A DNA stretch of 64,000 bases, from the NCBI GenBank assembly GCA_026936335.1, contig JAPMXV010000035.1, positions 1 through 64,000 of the forward strand, given 5' to 3'. Of the stretch, positions 1-10,006 are shown one piece after another. Within the stretch, counting starts at the first letter, position 1, and each line of letters starts with the position of its first letter. Below the pieces are notes generated by a model. It was given only the letters and a program-made list of their open reading frames with translations, ran no database searches and was not told the DNA's origin. The translations under genes and the position numbers were made by a program. The stretch comes from Mantamonas sphyraenae STR306. Its lineage: Eukaryota; Protista; CRuMs.

Positions 1-34
<34 letters not shown>

Positions 35-195
35 CCCTAACCCTAACCCTAACCCTAACCCTAACCCTAACCCTAACCCTAACCCTAACCCTAACCCTAA
101 CCCTAACCCTAACCCTAACCCTAACCTAACCCTAACCCTAACCCTAACCCTAACCCTAACCCTAACCCTAACCCTAACCCTAATCCTAACCGTAA
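1..195 (+). repeat. Telomeric repeat (CCCTAA)n = (TTAGGG)n on the minus strand; left chromosome end
   Basis: About 30 tandem TAACCC units with two variant units, degenerating at ~181-215 (taatcctaaccgtaatccc...gccctaaat). Confidence 0.98.
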
Positions 196-488
196 TCCCG
201 CATCCGAAGCCCTAAATGTGGTATGATATCATGGATTATGTGATGAGTCCGGTCTATGTATGGTGAGTTGTGCTTGTGTCTGCTGGCGGGGTGGCTGAGT
301 TGGGTGGTGACATGGGGCAGTGGGGAATGGGTGTGAGTGGAAATGACGCTGGTGAGTGGTCGTCGTCCTGCAAGGCCGTGCAGTCAGCACTTGCGCATCC
401 GCCTTCAACCAAAAGTGTCACCAACACCCACAACACCCTCCACCAGGCCAACACAATCCACATACACTCCACTACCACCACCACCACC

Positions 489-3400
489 ATGGACAAAGAC
501 TACTCAAGCACTCCGAAGCAACAACACACATCCAACACCTACCCAGCGTGCGTTCTGCCTTCCACTCCGTTTTCTGACTGCCCGCTTCTCCCGCTTCCTT
601 GCCCCCTCCATGCCTCTGTCGCTTCCCTGCACTCCTCCCCGGCATCTTCACTTCCCCATCACCACCGCCGCTGCCTTTTCCGCTCTTCTCCGATCCCCTC
701 TCCCCTGTCACTGCCCTCCCCGTTGCCAGTTTCCCCGTCTGCCAATCTTCTCCGTTTTCCCCTCTCTGCTCGTTCCAGCCTCCCTTCACCCCCGCTTCTG
801 CTCTGACGGCGTCCGTTCCGCCTTCCGCTCACCGTTCCTACTTCACCTTGCCCCTGCCCGTCCTCTCCACAGCTACGGGTACATGGTCCCTCCCATGGCT
901 GCCCAAGCGTTTCCGAACATGCTGCCCGCCTCTGGCGTACAAAACCCGTACCAGCACCCACAACCACCCATCATCTGGGTGCCTGTCAACACCTACCCGC
1001 AGCAGCACTCCGCATATGCTCATCAGGGCCACCCATACTACGCCTACCCTCCTCCGCCGCCTCCTCAGCCGCGACAAACCGCCCAGATGCACTTCGCTCA
1101 GCCTCCGTCCCACCCTCCGCCTGCTCAACCCACCACTAACCACAACCGCGTCCCCAAACGCATCAGCCCTGCCTTTGTCGGGATCTCACGGACCACATCC
1201 ACCACCACATCGTCCTCCTCCTCCCACCAGGCCACACGGCAGACCGGAGACAGCGACGACGACGACGCAGACGAGGACACACACACACATGACACCGGCG
1301 ACGTGGAAGACCTGATGTTCCTGAACTTCGGCCACCGTGAACCACGGTCAATCTCCAATAGCTCAGAGTGGATGACCAGCTCAGGGATGGAGGCGTACGA
1401 CGAAGACGGCGACGCAGACGATGCAACCCAGCAGCACGTGGATGACGAGATGGAAACTCAGGGCACACTCAGCTTCGCAGACACTGGTGATGCCATGGAT
1501 GAGGAGAACATGCCGCAAGACGACAGCGACGATGACGCAGACGACATAGAGCAGGAGGAATGGCAGCCGGGTCGCACAAATAGAGGCAGCGCACAACGGC
1601 CCAGAGGCCACATCACCCGTCATGCTGGTCCACAAACGATCAAAGGCGGCGGACAGAGCAGGCTCGGGTTCACGGCTGGCAGTGTCACCGAGACAGGAAC
1701 ATCGAGCACACGGGCAAGGGGGGCCATGAACGGAGACAACGGCGCAGGGAAGAAAGCAGGCGTGGACAAGACGAACAAGTTGCCAGATGGTGTTGTGCGC
1801 AAAGGGTGGACAGGGGGACACAGTGACGAGCGCAGCCAGAGCAACAGGAAGGAGCACACGGCACTGCTGAAGCACATGCACACCCTGGCCACCGAGCATC
1901 CCATCGACGACATCACCGACCTCATGACCCTGCAGGCGCGTGTTGTGGTCTGCCATGGCACCCTGAACACGCTGGTCCGACAGATTCAGCTTGCACTGGG
2001 CAACATTCCCCTCTCCCAGGGCGACATGGCCCTCTGCCTCACCCTTCTCGGCCTTGACATGGATCAACAGGTGTGCGGAATTTCCATTGCCCACGCTGGT
2101 CTGGCCATGGGTGTGACAAAGTCCTGGTTGAAGGTGTGCTGGCTGGAGGAGCCACACGACCACGGCGACCCCAACTACGCCCTCCTCCACCTGCTCATGA
2201 CAGAGATGGACACTCTTGGCGACAGTCCCCATCCCACCACCTGGAAGGAGCACAAGCAGACCCAGTTGTCGCTGCAGGAAGCACGACGCCCTGCTGACAA
2301 CGACAGCGACCCACACTGGACACAATGCGACTACGACCACCACCTCACCACTACCAAGGTGGACAAGTGGCATCCTGATTCTGTGCGCAGTGGTTGGATC
2401 AATGGTCTCAGCGACGAGCGTGGCAGCTGCACGGCGCGGGAGTTCCAGACGCTGCTGGCACACATGAAGGCACGCGCAGCCAAGCACCCTCGCCATCAGC
2501 ATGCACACGAGAACCATGCACTGCGTGAGCTGATCAACAACGGCAGCCTGAACTCCCTGCTGCGACACATCATCCTGGCGCTGGGCAACGTTGGCGTGCC
2601 CCCTGTCGACCTGGCCTTCTTTGTCCGCCTCCTCAGACCACGCCTCACCTACCAGCAGGTGAAAAATGCCATCAGCGACACCCTCATCCGCGGCGTCACC
2701 TCCCTCTCCCTCAAGATCGCCTGGCTCGACAACCCCAAACCCAGCGACGCCACACTGCACACCCTCCTCCACACCCTCATCGACCGCATCACACCCCACA
2801 TCAACACCCGGCCCACCACCACCGACGCCGTCAGCAACCTTGACATCCCCGAGCTTTTCCTGCCTGAGCCCACAGAGGAGGAGATGGCCGTGGAGGATGG
2901 ACTGCCAGATGGCGTTGTGCGCAGTGGCTGGACAAACTGGCGCAAGAGCGTGCGCAGCCACAGCAACAAGAAGGAGCACACGGCACTGCTGAGACACATG
3001 CACACTCTGGCCAACGAGCATCCCATCAACGACATCCCCGACCTCATGACCCTGCAGGCGCGTGTCGTGGTCTGCCATGGCACCCTGACCACGCTCGTCC
3101 GACAGATTCAGCTCGCTCTGGGCAACATTCCCCTCTCCCAGGGCGACATGGCCTTCTGCCTCACCCTCTTCGGCTGTGATATGGATCGACATGCATGCAG
3201 CCATGCCATTATCCACGCTGGTCTGGCCATGGGTGTGACCAAGGCTGGGTTGAAGGTGTGCTGGATGGAGGAGCCACATGACCACGGCGAGCCCAACTAC
3301 GCCCTCCTCCACTTGCTCATGACAGAGATGGACACTCTCGGCAACAGACCCCATCCCACCACCTGGAAGGAGGACAAGCAGACCCAGCTGTGGCTGCAGA

Positions 3401-5211
3401 AAGCACGACGCCCTGCTGACAATGACAGCGACCCACACTGGACTCAATCCGACTACGACCACCAACTCACCACCACCGAGGTGGACAAGTGGTATCCCGA
3501 GTCTGCGCGCAGTGGCTGGAGCAGAGCCAATCACGGCGACGAGCGTGGCAGCTGCACGGCGCGGGAGTTCCAGACGCTGCTGGCACACATGAAGGCACGC
3601 GCAGCCAAGCACCCCCGCCATCAGCACGCACACGAGAACCAGGCACTGCGTGAGCTGATCATCAACGGCAGCAAGATGTCCCTTGTGCGACACATCATCC
3701 TGGCGCTGGGCAACGTTGGCGTGCCACCTGTCGACCTGGCCTTCTTTGTCCGCCTCCTCAGGCCACGCCTCACGTACCAGCAGGTGCAAAGTGCCATCAG
3801 CCTCACCCTCACCCGCGGCGTCACCTCCCTCTCCCTCAAGATCGCCTGGCTCGACAACCCCAAACCCAGCGACGCCACACTGCACACCCTCCTCCACACC
3901 CTCATCGACCGCATCAAACCCCAAATCACCACCCGTCCCACCACCGTTGACGCAGTCAATGCCCTCGACATCCCCGAGCTTGTTCTTCCCGAGCCCACAC
4001 AGGAGGAGATGATGGCCGTGGAGGATGGACTGCCAGATGGCGTTGTGCGCATTGGCTGGACGTGCTGGCGTAAGAGCGAGCGCATGCACAGCAACAAGAA
4101 GGAGCACACGTCACTGCTGAACCACATTCACACTGTGGCCAACGAGCATCCCATCGACGACATCCCCGACCTCATGACCCTGCAGGCGCGTGTTGTAGTC
4201 TGCCATGGCACCCTGTTAACGCTGATCCGACAGATTCAGCTCGCTCTGGGCAACAGTCCCCTCTCCCAGGGCGACATGGCCTTCTTCCTCACCCTTCTCG
4301 GCCATGACATGGATCAAATGGCGTGCAGTGCTGCCATCCCCCACGCTGGTCTGGCCATGGGTGTCACAAAGGCTGGGTTGAAGGTGTGCTGGCTGGAGGA
4401 GCCACACGACCACGGCGACCCCAACTACGCCCTCCTCCACCTCCTCATGACTGAGATGGATTCTCTTGGCGACAGGCCCCATCCCACCACCTGGAAGGAG
4501 CACAAGCAGACCCAGCTGTGGCTGCAGAAAGCACGACGCCCTGCTGACAACAACAGCGACCCACACTGGACACAATGCGACTACGACCACCACCTCACCA
4601 CCACCAAGGTGGACAAGTGGCATCCTGAGTCTGTACGCAGTGGCTGGTGCAGTGCCTCGCCCAGCGACGAGCGTGGCAGCTGCACGGCGCGGGAGTTCCA
4701 GACGCTGCTGGCACACACGAAGGCACGCGCAGCCAAGTACCCTCGCCATCAGTACGCACACGAGTACCATGCATTGCGTGAGCTGATCCGCAACGGCAGC
4801 ACGGTGTCCCTGCTGCGACACATCATCCTGGCGCTGGGCAATGTTGGCGTGCCGCCTGTCGATCTGGCCTTCTTTGCCCGTCTCCTCAGGCCAAACCTCA
4901 CCTATCAGAAGGTTCAACCTGCCATCAGCAAAACCCTCAGCCGCGGCGTCACCTCCCTCTCCCTCAAGATCGCCTGGCTCGACAACCCCAAACCCAGCGA
5001 CGCCACACTGCACACCCTCCTCCACACCCTCATCGACCGCATCACACCTCACATCACCACCCGCCCCACCACCACCGCACTCGTCAACGCCTACCCCATC
5101 CCCCCCTTCACCCTCCCCAAGCGCAAAGACCCTTCCTCCTCCTCCTCCTCCTCCTCCTCCTCCTCCTCCTCCTCCTCCTCCTCCTCCTCCAAACGCCAAC
5201 GCCTCGAATGA
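489..5211 (+). CDS. Subtelomeric tandem-repeat protein (P/Q-rich and acidic N-terminus, 3 x ~375-aa repeats, poly-Ser, C-terminal basic NLS-like motif); unknown family
   Basis: ATG 489 (MDKDYSS...), phase-2 GT-AG intron 548-872 joins it in frame to ORF 337..5211; repeats start at 1780, 2902, 4030; ends PKRKDP-(S)n-KRQRLE*. Confidence 0.85.
1780..5118 (+). repeat. Three direct tandem coding repeats of 1122/1128/~1090 bp
   Basis: Each unit begins (c/t)tgccagatgg(t/c)gttgtgcgc = LPDGVVR; long identical DNA stretches between units. Confidence 0.97.
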
Positions 5212-5241
5212 ACCACCCTTTCATTCACACATCCCTCCCAC

Positions 5242-5430
5242 TCACCCTCCCCTCCCCACCCACCCAACCACCCTCTCCATCACCTCATCCGGCAGTGTCA
5301 CCCACCCTTCCCACCCTCCCTCCTCCACATACTCCTCCATCCCTCCACACGCAAACATCGCCTCCCTCTCCTCCCCATTCATCACCAACGCCACCGTTTC
5401 CATCCATGGCTTCGCACCCTCTTCTCCACG
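5242..5430 (-). pseudogene. 3' remnant of a gene ending in an F-box-like motif, paralogous to the middle of the neighbouring LRR-ankyrin gene
   Basis: ALVMNGEEREAMFACGGMEEY...WVTLPDEVMERVVGW* vs ALVMNASEREVMFEIGGMDGY...WWTLPDEVMDRVVGW at ~6907-7030 (+); no convincing upstream coding sequence. Confidence 0.65.
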
Positions 5431-5631
5431 TCCCCAAACTCCACAAACTCCACGTGCTGCTCCTTGTTCCTCTCCAACAGATTGCAACGCTTCATTGCGA
5501 AAGCCGTTAATTTTCCAGCACGGATGATTGCCATTCATCGCCTGAGCAGTGTAGCGGCTCCTGCAGCCCTGATGCTGTCGTCCTCGAGGTTCAGTGAAAG
5601 AGAGCGCGTCCCAACCCACCGAAAAGCAACC

Positions 5632-7486
5632 ATGTCTGACGCTGCAATCAAGATGTTGTTGGAGAGAGGGGCAAGTGCAGATACCTTGATCCCTTTCATG
5701 CGAGTGGATGAGACCACCGAGGTTGGTACCCCTTTCCCTTTTTGTCTTAGTTTGCCGTTTTGAGAGAGGGTTGTTGACGAAAGCGAAGCTGTGAGGGCCC
5801 ACTTGAAGCTTGTGGACATCCTTTGTGTCCATTCACCACGTAACACGGCCACTTACACAACTAGAAACTCTCATTCACGCGAATCAGCTCTCCTTTCCGG
5901 AACAATATGATGAACTTGAACTGGAAATTCTCCAGCGGTATTTCCAAGCCGAGTCCCACGCCCCGCACATCACAAAGATCAATCTGATGGGCCTGCCATT
6001 GGAAAAGGGCACCGCACAATTGCTGGCAAAGGTCATCAAGGGGTCAAACATAATCTCCGAGCTGGCTGTGGGCGACGAGTGGTACTCGCTGGGGTCGAAG
6101 GACATTGTTGATCTTTCCGCAGCAATAGGGGAAAGCACGTCCATGCGCGACGTCAAAATCTGGACAGATTTGACCAAGGAAGCAGCAGAGAGCATTGGTG
6201 TAGCCATTGCCAAGAGCAGCACACTTGAGAAGCTTGTTTTGGAGCTGGAAGAGAACAACGACGCGCTGGTGAGGCACATCTGCGCAGGAGTCCAAGAAAG
6301 TTCATCCTTCCGATCGCTGAGGATGGTCGGTCCGGGTATGCTCACCGATGCAGCCATGGAAGCCGTGGCTGAGGCACTCGAACGGTGCCAATCGTTGGAG
6401 GTTTTGGAATTTGTCGCCATCGAACCGCTTGAACCAGACGCAGTCACGGTGTTGGCTCGTGGTGTCTCCTGCACGAAGAGTTTGATCTCCTTCGTGGCTG
6501 AGACCGGCGAGGGACTTTCGCCAGAGGACATGGAGGTGCTGGAAGATGCATTGCATGCGAACCGATCATGCATTGAGTTTGTCCTGCTGGATGAACTGAG
6601 TGAAGCGGCAGAAGGGTCTCTGCTGCGCAACCAGCGTGCAGCCGAGGCATTTGTGTTGGCTGCTGCAAAAGGCCAAGTGGAAGTGATGCAACGGTGGCTG
6701 GACTGGGGCGTGAGCATCAACACGAATCCAGATATGCAAACTGCCATCAATGCGGCTGTGAAGAACAAAAGGTTCTCAGCTGTGGCGTGGCTCATCCAAA
6801 AAGGCGCGCACTGCCCAGAGAACGTCCTCGCGAGTGTACGTAGCGAGGGATGGAACCGATCTCATCACTGGGCATGGGACACAAAGGAGGACGAGGCACT
6901 GGAAGCTGCATTGGTCATGAATGCGAGCGAGCGGGAGGTGATGTTTGAGATCGGCGGGATGGATGGGTATGAGGCAACCGCAGAGTGGTGGACTCTGCCA
7001 GATGAGGTGATGGACAGAGTGGTGGGGTGGTTGATGGACAGCGATCCATCGCACCATGAGGTCTCTTGGTGTTGGCGGCACTTTGACATGGTCAAAGAGC
7101 ACGTGCCAGACATGTTTCCGGGAATGCTGTTTGCAGCGTCTAGGAATGGTTATGAAGACGGAGTACGACAGTTGCTGGATGCAGGCATGGACGCAAACAT
7201 CTTGAACAAGTTTGGGTGGACGCCGCTGATGGTGGCAGCCGAGGAGGGTCACTTGCGCTGTGTGCAAAGTTTGCTGGCCGGCGGAGCAGACGTGCACGTC
7301 AAGAGGCCGAACGGGAGGACAGCGTTGACCTCGGCTGTGGTTGAGAAGCATGCGGATGTGGTGGCGGCGCTGGTGATGGCAGGTGCACATCCCGAGTCTG
7401 TTGAAGCCGAACTGGAACGGTACGGGACTGACGATGTGCGCAAGGCACTGTTGGATCCACAGGAATGGACGGGTCGGGAAGGATGA
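5632..7486 (+). CDS. RNI-like LRR + ankyrin repeat protein with internal F-box-like motif
   Basis: ATG 5632, phase-1 intron ~5726-5864; LRR-like units (SSTLEKLVL, CQSLEVLEF), ANK repeats (GWTPLMVAAEEGHLRCVQSLLAGGADV, GRTALTSA). Confidence 0.85.
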
Positions 7487-7559
7487 ACCCCGCAACCAAC
7501 AAAAGGTGGTGATTGAGTACATCCAGGCACACGCAACAAGCCTTCCCCCCCCCCCCCCC

Positions 7560-7640
7560 CTCCTCCTCCTCCCCCAAACGCCAACGCCTCGAATGAACCC
7601 ATACATTCATTCCCACACCCTTCCCACACCTCCTCCATCA
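7560..7640 (+). repeat. Second copy of the 3' end of the tandem-repeat gene (SSSS-KRQRLE* plus 3' flank)
   Basis: ccaaacgccaacgcctcgaatgaacc identical at 5189-5214 and 7574-7599, both preceded by TCC repeats and followed by similar cattc/cacacc flanks. Confidence 0.85.
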
Positions 7641-7744
7641 CCTCATGCGTCCGCTTGTGCACCTGCACGCTGCCTGCTGCACCAAGTCCACCAACCAATC
7701 CGCACCCAATCACCCAACCACCACCACCACCCAACAATCACATT

Positions 7745-9950
7745 ATGCCCTGGACACAATCACCCCTCTCCATGCGAAAGCAGATGGAGAACTACAAATC
7801 CGACCACCCCGACGAGGACGCAGCTCGCTGCTCCTACGCCACCCAACAACACCAAATCGCCCCGTACGCGCCCGAGATCTACAAGAACAACATCGACCAA
7901 ATCAAAATCGAGGTCCTCTCCGGCATCATCATTGCCATTGCCCAGGTCCGTGCTCCTCCGCGCGCCACTCTCACCCAACCTCCTCGCCACCCCTCTCCCA
8001 CGCAACCCGACCCTCTCTCCCTTCCCATGCCCCTTCCCCACGCCCCCTACCCGCGTTTCCCTTCCTTTTCTGCCCCTTCCCGTCCTCTACTCACCCGCCT
8101 CGCCTCCTTCCCAGGTCGCCGAATCAATCGCCTTTGCATTCATCGCCGGTGTCGGCCCGCTCCTCGGCCTACACGCTGCCTGGATCATGGGCCTGGTCAC
8201 CTCCATCCTCGGAAGCCGCAGTGCACTCATCAACGGCGCCACAGGCGTCCGTGCTGTCATCATTGCCCCCTACATCCAGCGCTTCGGAATCGGCATCGCG
8301 TTCTACATCGTCTGCGCCGTGTCCTTCTTCCAGCTCATCGCAGGCCTCCTCCACGTCGCAAAATTCGTTCGCATGGTCCCGCGCTCCGTCATGATTGGCT
8401 TTGTTAACGGTCTTGCCATCATCCTCGCTCTCGGCCAGGTCCGCCAGTTCCGCCTCCCCAACAGCGACCAGTTTCTTCCCACAGATTCCATCCTCTGGAT
8501 GACCTGTATCATCGTCGTCACCGTCGTCGCCATTGTCCTTTGGCCCCGTGTCCCACGCGTTGGCAAGACCGTCCCGCCCTCCCTCATTGCCATCCTCCTC
8601 GCCGTGGCCATCGAGTTTGCTCTCGTCCGACCCCTCGGGTTCCACACACCCACCATCGGCGAGATCTCAAACGTCTCTGGCGGCTTCCCCATCCCCTTTT
8701 TTGCAGATCCCCAGTACGCTGGCAAGATTCCCGACCTCACCTGGGAGGTCGTCCAAAGTTCCCTCGTGCCGGGCTTCATTGCCGCTGCTGCAGGCATGGT
8801 TGAAACCGTCATGACGGTCGAGGTTGTCAACGACATGACCCAGACCGAGAACCCGGAGCCCGACCAGCAGCTCCTTGCTCTCAGTGTCGGCAACTTTATC
8901 GCCGGCATCTTTGGCACCATCGGTGGCGGTGGCACCATCGGCCTCGCCATCATGAACATCAACAACGGTGCAAACGGCTGGTTCCGCATCTCCCAGGTCA
9001 CTGCTGCCTTCACCATGCTCCTCCTCATCCTCGTCGCATCACCCCTCATTTCACTCATCCCCTCCGCTTCCCTCGTCGGCGTCATGGTCATCGTCTGCTG
9101 GTCCACCTTTGAGTGGAACTCCATTGTTCACGTCATCCTCGCCTTTGTGCCCAAGCAGATCCGCGACAAGCACCACTGGACACGCGACCGCAAGATCGGC
9201 CGCAACGACGCCATCGTCATCGTCCTCGTCACCGTCGTCACCCTCGTCGTCGACCTCTTCACCGCCGTCATGTGCGGCGTCCTCTTTACCGCCGCCGCCT
9301 TTGCCTGGAGCTCCTCCGGCGCCTTTGCCCTGGACATCCAGACTCATGACCGTCGCAAAATCATCCACGTCCGCGGCCCGCTCTTTTTCGCCTCTGCCAT
9401 GCGCTTCCAGATTCTCGCCGCACCTGTCGACGACGAGCCAGATATCGATGAGGTTGCCTTTTTCTTTGCCGAATCCTCCATCACCGACTTTTCCGGCATG
9501 CATGCCATGAATCTCATCGCCACAAAGTACCAACACCTCGGCAAGGCCGTTCACGTCTACGACGTCTCCCCCGAGTCCATGCGTGTCCTCGACAAGGCCA
9601 CAAAGCTCACCAGCTTCTCCGTCACCATCTCTGAAAGCGTCGTTGGCGAGCAGGCCCTTTCCGCGCCGCACCATTTCCACGTCGAGGGCCACTCCTCTCC
9701 CACCAGCCCCTCCTCCCCAACCACCTCCCACGCCGCCCTTTCCGCCATCTCTCGACGCACTCGCTCCATTGAAGAGTCCTCCGACATTCTGCGCGCGCGC
9801 GTCACCGGCGACCTCGCTGCACAGAACCTCGTTTCCATGCAAGACATCCCGGCAGGCACACACCACGACCACTCCGACGCCGACTCTTACACCTCCTCCG
9901 ACGGCGAGGGTGACGGCGACGACGTGACGGCCATCCACAATGCAGTTTGA
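7745..9950 (+). CDS. SulP/SLC26 anion transporter with STAS domain
   Basis: EVLSGIIIAIAQ|VAESIAFAFIAG across intron 7946-8114; many TM helices; GFVNGLAII; STAS GPLFFASA...ITDFSGMHAM. Confidence 0.92.
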
Positions 9951-10006
9951 TTCGTGTGATTTTCTTTTTTCCAACTCTCCGAATCCATTGCAGTTCAGTC
10001 TGTCCG

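Noticed and set aside
337-872. ORF-track N-terminus of the 1624-aa protein
   Set aside because: 548-872 is a pyrimidine-rich GT-AG intron; ATG 489 in another frame splices in frame
1780-5118. Diversity-generating retroelement or telomeric retrotransposon as the source of the repeats
   Set aside because: No reverse transcriptase, endonuclease or template repeat in the window; substitutions are not adenine-specific
1381-5199. Long antisense ORFs (908 aa, 327 aa) over the repeat gene, and similar ones such as 21435..24842 and 17293..19206
   Set aside because: Shadow ORFs caused by GC-rich codon bias on the opposite strand; no recognisable motifs
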